Virus record (IMG/VR): IMGVR_UViG_3300005288_000001
Location: 64,001 to 128,000 of that record
Direction: 5' to 3' (one strand)
DNA from: a virus
DNA length: 64,000 nt
Shown: positions 52,385 to 62,386 of the stretch, piece by piece
Layout: every line of letters begins with the position of its first letter
How positions within the stretch are numbered: position 1 is the first letter of the stretch
Made by a program: the position numbers and the translations under genes
Notes under the pieces: model-generated
What the model saw: only the letters and a program-made list of their open reading frames with translations
Told to the model about the DNA's origin: nothing
The model's database searches: none

Positions 52385-53059
52385 TTATTTAGTAATGTTA
52401 GGACTTAGAAGAACAGTCCCACTGAGAATTCGCGTAACAGTTGTGTCCGGCGCTGTAATTTCCAGATCATAGACAGCCGAGTCAAAAGATAGCACTGATG
52501 TTTCCAGAGCCGTCAGTTGGATAGTGACAGTCCCGAAAGCACCACCCATGGCCAGACGACCATTGGTATTTGTTAGTTCGAGGATCAAAACTGGAGAACT
52601 GGCCACTGGACGAATCTGCATCTTGGCAGTGTACCCAGTCAGGTCCTTAAGGGAACCGTCCACATCGCGCAGTTCAACCACGTGGTTATATGTGGCTCCC
52701 TGGATAATTTCAAGGAGTTCACTATCAACATCGCTCGTTGAGTTTGTTGGATTAACACCTGTAAGACCAGGGGATACAATTGCTTGTCCTTGTTCAAGTC
52801 GAATTCGGTCATTCGCCGACGTCGCCAAGACGTCATAGACGCAACGGCCAACTGTTAGGAACGCAGTATTCTCAGCCTTCATCGAAATAGCAATCTGACC
52901 TGTAACCAAATTCAGGACAGTAACGTCGAAGAATTCGTACTCAGCAGCGTCATACCATTTACGGATTTGTGCTGCCAAAGTATAGTTGGTCAGATTGACT
53001 CCCGTATCAATGACGTGATAGAAAGTCGCTCCCTGATCAATATAGATGTAGTTATCCAT
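52385..53059 (-). CDS. structural adaptor with two tandem QGAT...AQIR...YD (BppU-like) domains
   Basis: IDQGATF...AQIRK...YDV and IIQGATY...MQIR...YDL internal duplication. Confidence 0.7.
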   Translation of the reverse strand: MDNYIYIDQGATFYHVIDTGVNLTNYTLAAQIRKWYDAAEYEFFDVTVLNLVTGQIAISMKAENTAFLTVGRCVYDVLATSANDRIRLEQGQAIVSPGLTGVNPTNSTSDVDSELLEIIQGATYNHVVELRDVDGSLKDLTGYTAKMQIRPVASSPVLILELTNTNGRLAMGGAFGTVTIQLTALETSVLSFDSAVYDLEITAPDTTVTRILSGTVLLSPNITK

Positions 53060-53460
53060 TAGGTGCTCTTCTTAGTGCGCTTTGGTCGAGCTTCAAGTGC
53101 TTCAAGTCGCTTCAGGATATCAGCAAGTGGATCAGGTGGGAGTGAATCACCAATCAGAGATTCAAGCTCTTGGGTCTTGTGCTTATTCTGCGCGCGGAAG
53201 AAGCTGAAGCGTTCAGCTTCACGTTCTGCTCCAACGGCGTTATTCAGCCATTCAAGTTCTTCCTTACCAGCGCCAGCGTGTGCTTCGATGATTTCTTTGG
53301 GAATTGAATAGGCGCGAACAATCTTGTCGACGTCTTGTAGATTCTTGGGATACGGTTGCATCATCGTGATAGCAGTCCAACCGCCATCGGCAAATTCGAC
53401 TGTTAGAACCTGACGGGAAGCATCCCATTGTGTAATTTTGTATTTGAAAGTATCGCTCAT
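53059..53460 (-). CDS. hypothetical protein, possible fibre assembly chaperone
   Basis: Position directly after the adhesin gene. Confidence 0.5.
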   Translation of the reverse strand: MSDTFKYKITQWDASRQVLTVEFADGGWTAITMMQPYPKNLQDVDKIVRAYSIPKEIIEAHAGAGKEELEWLNNAVGAEREAERFSFFRAQNKHKTQELESLIGDSLPPDPLADILKRLEALEARPKRTKKST

Positions 53461-53461
53461 G

Positions 53462-54661
53462 TTATGCTCTTAATCCTTGGACATTGCCTTCATTAACCAG
53501 TGCTCCATATGGGCCAGAATATAGATAGTAGCCTGGCGCACCACCGTAATATCCACTACCGCCTGGCGAACCGCCTGAGCCACCACCATTGTTTCCGTTA
53601 CCGCCTGTTGCACCTGTGTCGCCTGTTGCACCTTGTTGTCCATAGGCACCCCAACCACCACCTGATCCACCGACACCACCAGTACCACCTGTGCCTCCGG
53701 TCCCAGCATTAATACCACCGCCGGCTCCACCGCCACCGCCGGTTCGACCAGCATTTGTTGCACCAGTTTGTGCATGGTCCCAACCTTGGCCAAAACCACC
53801 ATCGCCGCCAGTACCACCACCACCACCTCCACCACCACTGGTGTAGACGTTGCTATCCCATTGACGATAGATTTCGTATAGGTTATAGAATCCGAATAGT
53901 GGGTCCGACCCAACGTAGCCAGTCAATCCACCACGGTAGTAGCGGAAGATACCATCGTTTACTTGGTTAACACCGTCGCCTGCAGTTGAGAACGCATTTT
54001 GATATGGCCATCCAGCTTGGTGCCATTTCCACCAGGTCGCACCAGTTCCCGAATAGCGATAAACACCGTGTGTTGATGCTTCCGAAGACGGACCTTCTTG
54101 GTTGGTGACAACGTAGTATCCTGGACCACCTTGTCCACCGCTGCCTCCGAAACCACCCTTACCACCTCCGCCGCCACCAGAGAAAATCTGCCCGCTAGAC
54201 TTATTGTAAACTACAGTCCAGCAGCTTGAGTTCCAGCAATGGATACACCAACCACCTTGAACACCGTTTCCACCCGTTGAACCTTGACCGATTGGTCCGT
54301 ATGATCCTAGGATGTTTCCGTAGTTGATAATGATCATGGTGGAACCTTGAGGGAAAGTTCCTACAGTAATAGCTGAGTTTCCCAGAGTTCCACCAATTTG
54401 TCCTTCGTTGATAACCTTGTAGGTCGTGACAGTCGTAGGATTGAATGTTGGTTGGAGATATAGATTCTGCAGGTTGCCGACGTTATACAATACTCCGCGC
54501 GCAGCACTCATTCGAGCAGGCTGCGACAGATAGTTCGTACCGTTATAGTCCACAGCCATAGCACGACGAACGCGTGAATTGCTGAAGCTGACTGGACCAG
54601 AAAGACCCAGTTCAGCGGCAATCTGACTTAAGGAGATAGGGCCAGTGTGAGGTGTAGGCAT
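53462..54661 (-). CDS. glycine-rich adhesin (T-even gp38-like architecture)
   Basis: GPISLSQIAAELG N-terminus; poly-Gly segments flanking a Trp/Tyr-rich insert. Confidence 0.7.
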   Translation of the reverse strand: MPTPHTGPISLSQIAAELGLSGPVSFSNSRVRRAMAVDYNGTNYLSQPARMSAARGVLYNVGNLQNLYLQPTFNPTTVTTYKVINEGQIGGTLGNSAITVGTFPQGSTMIIINYGNILGSYGPIGQGSTGGNGVQGGWCIHCWNSSCWTVVYNKSSGQIFSGGGGGGKGGFGGSGGQGGPGYYVVTNQEGPSSEASTHGVYRYSGTGATWWKWHQAGWPYQNAFSTAGDGVNQVNDGIFRYYRGGLTGYVGSDPLFGFYNLYEIYRQWDSNVYTSGGGGGGGGTGGDGGFGQGWDHAQTGATNAGRTGGGGGAGGGINAGTGGTGGTGGVGGSGGGWGAYGQQGATGDTGATGGNGNNGGGSGGSPGGSGYYGGAPGYYLYSGPYGALVNEGNVQGLRA

Positions 54662-55716
54662 TAAGCACCCTTTTCTAGCTTCTCAATACGAGCGTTCAGT
54701 GTACGAATTGACTCGATGAGGTCAGCTGTCATTCCGATGTAATTGACCGAGTACAAACCAGTATCGTTCAGTTGGACCAGATCAGGGGCAGTTTTCAGGA
54801 CTTGCTGAGCCAGAACACCGCGCGACTTACGGCCTGTAGAAATCATCGTGTATGAATAACCATTCCATGAAAGAACACGTTCCAAGGAACCAACCAGTGG
54901 TTCAATATCGGTCTTCGCGCGTTCATCTGACAAGCCAGTGATGTCACCGCTCGTTGTAATGTTCATACTGTTGAAGTTCGCGGTAATACCAACGAAGCTC
55001 AGATTTCCTTGACCGACCGAAGAATTACCACCGTAACCAATGATACGAGCGTCGAAGTCTGAAGTGGTTCCGCTTGAATGGAAATCGATGTAATTGGCGC
55101 CAGCGGAAGTGGTAGAACCAAGTTCCACAGCTCCAGAAGGAATAACTACTGAACCATTTACCACGACGCCTGAGAATGTCGATGTACCGCTGAACGATGG
55201 CGAAGCGAGGTTTGCCTTCAGATTCAACGCATTTTGTGTGGCGGTGGAAATCACCTTATCAATGTCAGCTGTATTGTCTACGTTTGGTAGACCAATCATA
55301 ACCTTGTTGATACCAGTTACTGTTCCAGTAAAGGCTGGCGAATTGATAGGAGCATAGCCAGAGATGAACGCACCAGTTGGAATCGTTACAGTACCAGTGA
55401 AAGTTGGTGAGTTGAGCGGTGCACGCGAAGTATCAATTGGGTGAACGTGGTCCGCACGAGCATGTCGAGTAGATACACCAATTGCAACCGCACCATTCAT
55501 TACTGGATTGGTAGTTGAGGCGTTTGCAAGTACGAAAGCAGTAGTGGCAATCTGAACTGTATTGGTACCAACTGCAGCTGTAGGAGCGTTAGGTGTGCCA
55601 GTCAGAGTTGGCGAGTTAATCTCAGCCTTATCTGTATTCAAATTGTTAAAGTTTGCATCCACTTCGGCAGTGGTTAGTGGTGAGCCCTTGCCAAGACGGG
55701 TTACAATCGTCGTCAT
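54661..55716 (-). CDS. tail fibre protein with C-terminal peptidase S74 intramolecular chaperone
   Basis: TRLGKGSPLTTAEVDANF N-terminus, SPxxTGT repeats, YIDFH, SDERAKTDI, GVLAQ, VNY. Confidence 0.8.
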   Translation of the reverse strand: MTTIVTRLGKGSPLTTAEVDANFNNLNTDKAEINSPTLTGTPNAPTAAVGTNTVQIATTAFVLANASTTNPVMNGAVAIGVSTRHARADHVHPIDTSRAPLNSPTFTGTVTIPTGAFISGYAPINSPAFTGTVTGINKVMIGLPNVDNTADIDKVISTATQNALNLKANLASPSFSGTSTFSGVVVNGSVVIPSGAVELGSTTSAGANYIDFHSSGTTSDFDARIIGYGGNSSVGQGNLSFVGITANFNSMNITTSGDITGLSDERAKTDIEPLVGSLERVLSWNGYSYTMISTGRKSRGVLAQQVLKTAPDLVQLNDTGLYSVNYIGMTADLIESIRTLNARIEKLEKGA

Positions 55717-55958
55717 TATTTATCCTTGTTAATCAGTTGTAGCAGGAGCGATTTGATCTCCGTCATTTCATTCTTCAACGTATTTATTTCATCTGCGTGA
55801 GATTGAATCTGCTGTTCTTTCTCGCGAGCTAGACGAACAGATTCCATATATGCCTGGAACCCGTTCGGGTCGCGATTAACAATGGCTCCGGTAGAGGCGT
55901 CACGATAGAGACCATCATGACCCTCAACTTTTAGAAACTTAGGCGCAGGCGATGACAC
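55716..55958 (-). CDS. conserved small protein following the VrlC-like gene
   Basis: KVEGHDGLYRD..TGAIVN plus coiled coil, as in environmental T4-like phages. Confidence 0.7.
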   Translation of the reverse strand: MSSPAPKFLKVEGHDGLYRDASTGAIVNRDPNGFQAYMESVRLAREKEQQIQSHADEINTLKNEMTEIKSLLLQLINKDK

Positions 55959-58900
55959 GTAGATCCTTGATACGAGGTACCATAGACGAGTTAGTGCTCT
56001 TCATAACAATCTTCAGAGAAATACCGTCGAATGGAACCAGGTTTGTCAGCGTGAAGTTCACGTCCGTAAACGCGGTGAACGAATAAGGAATAACCGCATC
56101 TGGATTGACCAGAGTGTAAGGAACCTTAGACAGATCAGTCGTAGAACCCGAAGAGCTCAGACGATAGTAAACTTCAACGGCTGCTTCAGTTGGAAGCATA
56201 ACGGCCATACGGATACGCAGATACGTAGACGAGTTCTCAAGATTGATACGTTGGGTAACGTATTTGCTCAGCGAAGAACTTCCGATAGCGGCAATTTCGC
56301 TAACCATCGTGATACGTTGTGTAACAGTGATAACTGAAACACCGGAACCTTGGGCAACCGTAGTTGTAGAGTTCGTTGACGCATTACGAAGATACACACC
56401 GTTGGTTGGCGAAGTACCAATTACCAGGTATGTAGCATTGTTTCCTGCGCTAGATGCACCAGCGATAGTCAGGTAACGACCAATCGGAATGCTGGCAAGC
56501 AGAAGACCGGTTGCAGAATCAGCACTGAACAGACGTCCCGCAGTATCCAATTGGATCAGGTTGTTAGACGCAACCAATTGGTTATCCAGACCAGCAACGT
56601 TCATGTTGGTTTCAGTTGGGTTATTGATTCGGTTAGAAACCATAACGAAACTGATACGTTGAGTGTCGATAATTGGAGACAACGCGTCGTTGCTACTCTT
56701 CATGCTAACGTCGAACCACAGCGAATAGTCACCGGAGAAGTATGCAATTTCCGTTTCACGGTTCAGAATCAACTTTGGAGAACCCAGAACGTTGTTGTCG
56801 TTTACGGCAACAGGAGTACTATATGGTTCACCAATGATAGGAACCTGTGTAGTCGAATTGATCGACTTACCAGACGTTCCCCAGATGTTGTACGCAGTAG
56901 CGGTCTCTGGGAAGTTCAAAGCCTGGATACATGGTTGGAACACGTCGTATTGGATACAACGTGAAGCGCGATTACCCGCACCACCAAAGTAACCTGTCAC
57001 AGTTGGAGTTCCGCTAGTCGTGATAATGAACGAATCTGCTTGCAGACCAGCTGGCACGATAAGATGCTGACGGTAGATATCCGAAGCAACGATACCAGCA
57101 ATTGGCGAATTCACGAACGCGAACGGTTGGTTGATCAGAGTGAGCGCCGCACCAGCGTACAGCGTGATACTTGTTCCTGCAACTGCAGAAACGACGCCAA
57201 TGAATTGGCGAGTAGACGTGTACAGCGTAGAGTTAACCAGAACACCTTGCGTAGCAAACGAAGTTGTAGAAGTAACTGCAGTAGATCCTGAAGTCGTAGT
57301 GATACCAGTTCCGATTGCGTACGATGCTGGAGTGATAGTCACCAGAGCATTGTCCACCAGACCGTGATCTGGAAGATGGATACGGATACTTTGTGAACCT
57401 GCACGAACTTCAAACGGATTGTTATCCAGAGTTACCAATGGAATTTGATCGTTGACGAAACGGATCAGACCTTGCGTAGGAGCTTCAGCAGTACCAACAT
57501 CAAACTTCGCGCGCCATACCTTGAACATCAAGTCTTGCGACTGGTCAGGCGTCCAGGTAGAAGCGTTTTGCGACTTGAACAGCGAACCGAGGTTAGGTTG
57601 TTCAGACACAGTACGTTCAGTTCCAGGAACGGTTTCACCCATTTGGCTAATCCAAACGATGTAGTTCTGGGTTTCGGCCATCAGAACGATAGCATATTGC
57701 GCACCGTCTTGGACGTAAACTGGCGATGGGAACTCAAAGGTCGTTGGAGTATCGGCCGCAGGAGTCAGAACACCATTCAACATAACGTTCGTGCTAGAAA
57801 CATTAACTTGTTCTGGCTTCAGAGTTACACGCGAGAATGGCAGAACCTTGATACCTGGGTATCCGTTAACAACTTCACGCAGTTCCATAGTCACTGGAAT
57901 GTTTGCATCCTTCTTAGCGAAGAAGATATCAATCTTGCTAAGGAACGCACCACCCGTGTTTTGGATGTAGAAGGTTTGAGCCAGCGGGTCTTGCGCACCA
58001 GTAGAGGTTACGCTCGTAGTGATGTTTCCGTCAGCGTCACGAACAGCCAAGGCCAGAGCACCGTTGCCAGCAAGGCCAGCTGCGGTAATTACTCGGTCGG
58101 ATGTTTCGATAATCGTACGGGAATCACCAACAGTAGACGTAGAAACTTCACCGTTACGAACCGACAGGATCGTAGCTTGCTTAGTTTCCATGATACCTTC
58201 AGCGAAGTACGAACCACGGGCGCGTGAAGTTACGTTCACGTCGTTTTGTGGCTGGTCAAGAAGCAGAAGTTCACGAGTACCAGTACGGAAAGCAACCGAA
58301 TCAGTGTTAGGGATGTTGAACAGGAAGTTCAGATCACCGTTGTTGTTCGAGATCATACCGAACGATGTGACCGACAGGATAGTTCCAGTAGCAACGTTCA
58401 GGGAAGCGTCTTGGATCGAACCAGAGAAGGTGTTACCGACAGTCAGAGTTCCGATAACGTTCAGGACGCTCAAAGAACGAACACCGTTATCAATCGAAGA
58501 ACCAACAACAACCGCAGTTGCGCCGTTAGACGTGGTGATCACGTCACCCTTGTTCAGACAAACTTGGCTATCGCCGTTGATCATACGAGCTGCTTGCAGT
58601 TGGTTGGAACCAACGTTAGAGTCAACATCGAAAGTCTTTGACGAAGTCAGAGTGTAAGTGATAGTTGTCGCTGCAGCAACATAGTTGTCAATCTTCACAC
58701 CGTCGAAGAACGGATAGAATTGAGTGTATGGCTTCAGACGCTTAACTTGCACCAGAATATTGCGCGAACGAATGTACGGAATAACTTGTGACGAAACAAC
58801 GCGGTCACCGATAGTGGTGTTCGTGTAAGTCGGAATAACCGAAGTGGTTGTGCCGCTACGAGTTTGACCAACGGTCGTTGCGTAGGTGTCAGTACGAGTT

Positions 58901-61900
58901 GCAATAGCTGCGGTCCAACGACCAACAACAGCAAGTGCTACCGAAGTTAGTTGGCTGTTCGTCAGAACTGGCTGACCAGTCCATTGAGTTTGCCAGCCGT
59001 TCCAAACGGTTCCTAGTACACCTTGCGTCGCAAGAGTAGAAGTCAGTTGGCTGTAGTTACCTTCAACGCTCTGTACGATGTCTGGAAGACGATTAACTTC
59101 AAACCAGTCGTCGGACGCTGGATTGATGGATACGTCACCGAGGAACGTAAAGACCGCGAATGGGTTAACGTTTTCGGTACGAGTTCCGTAAGGTTGATCA
59201 ACCAATACGACGTGAGGTGTAGCTGGGTCCAGTGGAAGCGTGATAACGTCGCCGTAGAGCTTGTAGTTCGATGCCAGACGTTCTGGTTCAGAAACGGCTT
59301 GTTCCAGCATGTTCACGTTATGCATCACGAAGTATGGACGAAGCTCACCTGCCAGTGGGTCGGTCGAAGCAACGTAATCTGGTGAGTTAGAATCACCGAT
59401 GCCGTTACCCTTGAACGAGTCAACAATGAAACCGTTCTTGTAGCGTTCCAGACCAGCAGAGTCGCGGATCGACAGGCTAGCTGTTTCTTGTTCCAACAGG
59501 CTCAGGCTGGTGTAGTATTCCAGGTTGCTGATACGTTGTTCCAGCTTTCCGATATCGCGCATTGTGTAACGCTTGTTATCGGTCTTAGAAATCAGAACGT
59601 TTTCGCTACCTGAACCAAAGGTGTATGGCTGGTAAGTCAAACCATACAGAAGCATGCTGTTAGCATCCAGCGGAGGCTGCTTAGGCGAGATCGAAGATTC
59701 ACCTTCAGTAATGTAGAAACGACCAGCCGAATCCATCGCCAGCAAGTCCTTGCGCGACAGATAGTATTGGACGTCAGCAGTAATGTTAACACCACGCTTA
59801 ACTGGCAGAGTACCAGCGATGGTCACACCGTCATCCGAACGTGGACGGAAGTCCAGAGCGTCGCGCAGTTCGATGTCGTTGAACTTAGGAATCAACTTGT
59901 AGTCGATAGCCGCGTACGAATTCTTTGAGAAGAAGTGGCCGGTGCCATGCGTGAAGTATTGGAACGTTACGCGGATTGGGTTGGTTGGCGGAGCGTAAGA
60001 ACCCTTCAGCTTCAGGTATGCTGGACCATAGTATGATTCAGTTTGGCCTGTGAAGAACTCATAACGATCTGTAATGTCAGTGGTAGATGCCCATGTTGGA
60101 GCGCCACCGAAGGCGACAGACGTATCCATTTCAACGCGCGAGAGCTTGTATCCGTCAGCCTTGTCCAGAGTCAAGATCGAAGCAGCGGCAGCAGCAGTTG
60201 AGAAGATCGTGCTTTGACCAGTCAGGGTCTTAACCTTTTCGGTAACACCCAGAGTTCCCGTGTATTGGACGTCAGCCAAACATTGGATCGTGGTGCTTGC
60301 TGGAGCGCCAGTAATAATGACTTGATTCCCAACGATATTCGTCGAAGTTGGAATGAAGGTAGTGTTGTTCGCGGTGAACGTGTAGTTCGTTAGACCAGCG
60401 CCTGAACCCAGAGTTCCACCACCGGTGTACGTGAACGTAGCACCACCGCCACCTGTTGAGACGACGTTGGTAAGCGGTTCGTAGACCGAGTAGTTAACGT
60501 CAGCAAGTGACGAAACTGCGTAGTATGGCAGAGGATAAATGGCGTCAACGGCCAGAGGTTCGACGATACGAGTTGTGATCAGACCGTATGCTTGACCAGT
60601 TTGAGTTGCTGGAGCAGCTGTCAGAGTAGCAGAAGTCTGCGATGCAATGGACGCAATTTGCAGATTGACAGTTGTGCCAGGCAGATAAACGATGTCGCCA
60701 GGAATCAGATCGGTCAGGAAGCTGGTACCAACACCAGTCATAGCTGTACCAGAAGTGCTGATCGAACCAACCAATGCCTTAACGTTTCCAGAAATATTTG
60801 CGGTGAAGTTGTTGGTTGAAGTTCCGATAGACTTAACTTGACGATCGAAGTTATAACCAGTGTTCATCTTCACGTCGAAGAGGAACAGTTTTTGGAAACC
60901 AGTCGAATTATATTCGATACCACGAACGCGAGCAGTACCAACAATGTTTGCCGTTGGTTGCGTGCCTGGAGTTACGACGAAAGCATCGTACAGATTTACC
61001 AGACCAAAGGTGGTTGGAATGCTCGAAGCATAGGTAATGTAAACGAAGTTACCAACGTTGGTTGTAACTACAGCATTGTTAACTGCTGGATCGTTGATGT
61101 CGCGCGACTTAGGAGTCGATACGTATTCGGTAGCAATCTTCTCGATTTCATAACCTTGGACGTATGCCTTACCAGGTTCCAGACCGATAGCCAGCTTGGC
61201 TTCGTTGGCTTGGTGGGCTGCCAGAGTGGTTTCACTAACCTTTGGTGTGAAGATACCACGGTTGTAAACTGGGTTCGGAGTGTATTCCCAAACCATCAAG
61301 CTGTCAGTTACCAGTGTACCAACCAGGGTTGCGTCAGGAGCAACGTTGGAAACACCTTGTGTAATACAAGTGAACAGCTTTCCATTGGAAGTAACAATGT
61401 CACCTGCCAGGTATGGAGTAGCAGTGGCCCATGCGCCACGGTCGTTGTTGCGGTATTCGCGAACGTCGATCTCAAAGTCACGTACAGTGTAGCTTCCCGA
61501 TTCGTCGAAAGTGCGACGAGCCAGAGTCTTTTCTAGATCAGAGTATTCAGTTGTACGTGTGTCACGAAGAACAATACCAGTGTCAACAACCGACAGAGTA
61601 ACAAAGTTGCTGTCCTCTACGCTGTCCAGGGCACGCTTTTCCAGAACCAATTCGATGAAGTGGCGGTGCGCACCAGGTGCTGCGTAGTTGTACGAGCCTT
61701 GCGCGTTGTCCAGGAGTTTTTCGTCTTGTTCAGGAGTGACGATAGATTCGTTAACCGAAAGACCAATACGATACGAAGGTGTTACACCGAACTTATCAAG
61801 AATGATGGTTTGCTTTTCGACCAGAACGAATTGACCATTGATGAAGTAGACACCTTGTTCAACTCCAGCAAACGAACCAGCACCAGTTGCATCAACAGCA

Positions 61901-62364
61901 GCCAGAGTTGCTTGGTAGCCGTTTCCAGCTGTGATAACTTCCGATTCTACAAATGCCTTGGTTGTAGCAGTGTTACCTGAGTTCGTGTACTTAACATACA
62001 GAATATGTGGGTCGGTAGCTGTAGCTGGTGATACGAAGAAGACCGTGGCATCAACACCGGAAGTACCAGTGATAGTTTGACCAAGAAATTCGTTGATGTA
62101 TGAGTCAACGTTACTTCCAGCATAGGTATTCTGCAGCTTGATCAAGCTGACATTGTTATAGATACCTGTTTGGCCAGGGATGACCATGGCACCTTGCTTG
62201 AAGATTGCCGATCCATGGCGAGCGATTTGAGTCTGCAGAATGGTCTGCAGTTGGGTCAATTCACGAGCCTGAACTGGATAGCTTGGACGGAACAGAATCT
62301 TGTAGAATTTATCAGATTCTGCGTAGTCGTCGTTGTACGGATCGGTGTTGAAGTCTAGTGTCAT
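55939..62364 (-). CDS. large baseplate-associated structural protein, VrlC/DUF4815-like
   Basis: PYNDDY, ILFRP..VQARELTQLQ, ARRTFDESG, NKRYTMRDIG, DPLAQTF, GSLFKSQN, PRIKDLR. Confidence 0.88.
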   Translation of the reverse strand: MTLDFNTDPYNDDYAESDKFYKILFRPSYPVQARELTQLQTILQTQIARHGSAIFKQGAMVIPGQTGIYNNVSLIKLQNTYAGSNVDSYINEFLGQTITGTSGVDATVFFVSPATATDPHILYVKYTNSGNTATTKAFVESEVITAGNGYQATLAAVDATGAGSFAGVEQGVYFINGQFVLVEKQTIILDKFGVTPSYRIGLSVNESIVTPEQDEKLLDNAQGSYNYAAPGAHRHFIELVLEKRALDSVEDSNFVTLSVVDTGIVLRDTRTTEYSDLEKTLARRTFDESGSYTVRDFEIDVREYRNNDRGAWATATPYLAGDIVTSNGKLFTCITQGVSNVAPDATLVGTLVTDSLMVWEYTPNPVYNRGIFTPKVSETTLAAHQANEAKLAIGLEPGKAYVQGYEIEKIATEYVSTPKSRDINDPAVNNAVVTTNVGNFVYITYASSIPTTFGLVNLYDAFVVTPGTQPTANIVGTARVRGIEYNSTGFQKLFLFDVKMNTGYNFDRQVKSIGTSTNNFTANISGNVKALVGSISTSGTAMTGVGTSFLTDLIPGDIVYLPGTTVNLQIASIASQTSATLTAAPATQTGQAYGLITTRIVEPLAVDAIYPLPYYAVSSLADVNYSVYEPLTNVVSTGGGGATFTYTGGGTLGSGAGLTNYTFTANNTTFIPTSTNIVGNQVIITGAPASTTIQCLADVQYTGTLGVTEKVKTLTGQSTIFSTAAAAASILTLDKADGYKLSRVEMDTSVAFGGAPTWASTTDITDRYEFFTGQTESYYGPAYLKLKGSYAPPTNPIRVTFQYFTHGTGHFFSKNSYAAIDYKLIPKFNDIELRDALDFRPRSDDGVTIAGTLPVKRGVNITADVQYYLSRKDLLAMDSAGRFYITEGESSISPKQPPLDANSMLLYGLTYQPYTFGSGSENVLISKTDNKRYTMRDIGKLEQRISNLEYYTSLSLLEQETASLSIRDSAGLERYKNGFIVDSFKGNGIGDSNSPDYVASTDPLAGELRPYFVMHNVNMLEQAVSEPERLASNYKLYGDVITLPLDPATPHVVLVDQPYGTRTENVNPFAVFTFLGDVSINPASDDWFEVNRLPDIVQSVEGNYSQLTSTLATQGVLGTVWNGWQTQWTGQPVLTNSQLTSVALAVVGRWTAAIATRTDTYATTVGQTRSGTTTSVIPTYTNTTIGDRVVSSQVIPYIRSRNILVQVKRLKPYTQFYPFFDGVKIDNYVAAATTITYTLTSSKTFDVDSNVGSNQLQAARMINGDSQVCLNKGDVITTSNGATAVVVGSSIDNGVRSLSVLNVIGTLTVGNTFSGSIQDASLNVATGTILSVTSFGMISNNNGDLNFLFNIPNTDSVAFRTGTRELLLLDQPQNDVNVTSRARGSYFAEGIMETKQATILSVRNGEVSTSTVGDSRTIIETSDRVITAAGLAGNGALALAVRDADGNITTSVTSTGAQDPLAQTFYIQNTGGAFLSKIDIFFAKKDANIPVTMELREVVNGYPGIKVLPFSRVTLKPEQVNVSSTNVMLNGVLTPAADTPTTFEFPSPVYVQDGAQYAIVLMAETQNYIVWISQMGETVPGTERTVSEQPNLGSLFKSQNASTWTPDQSQDLMFKVWRAKFDVGTAEAPTQGLIRFVNDQIPLVTLDNNPFEVRAGSQSIRIHLPDHGLVDNALVTITPASYAIGTGITTTSGSTAVTSTTSFATQGVLVNSTLYTSTRQFIGVVSAVAGTSITLYAGAALTLINQPFAFVNSPIAGIVASDIYRQHLIVPAGLQADSFIITTSGTPTVTGYFGGAGNRASRCIQYDVFQPCIQALNFPETATAYNIWGTSGKSINSTTQVPIIGEPYSTPVAVNDNNVLGSPKLILNRETEIAYFSGDYSLWFDVSMKSSNDALSPIIDTQRISFVMVSNRINNPTETNMNVAGLDNQLVASNNLIQLDTAGRLFSADSATGLLLASIPIGRYLTIAGASSAGNNATYLVIGTSPTNGVYLRNASTNSTTTVAQGSGVSVITVTQRITMVSEIAAIGSSSLSKYVTQRINLENSSTYLRIRMAVMLPTEAAVEVYYRLSSSGSTTDLSKVPYTLVNPDAVIPYSFTAFTDVNFTLTNLVPFDGISLKIVMKSTNSSMVPRIKDLRVIACA

Positions 62365-62371
62365 AGAAAAC

Positions 62372-62379
62372 TATTTAGG
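62372..62379 (-). promoter_or_regulatory. late promoter variant CCTAAATA
   Basis: In the 22-bp gap, 7 nt before the ATG of the 2141-aa gene. Confidence 0.55.
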
Positions 62380-62386
62380 TTACAAA

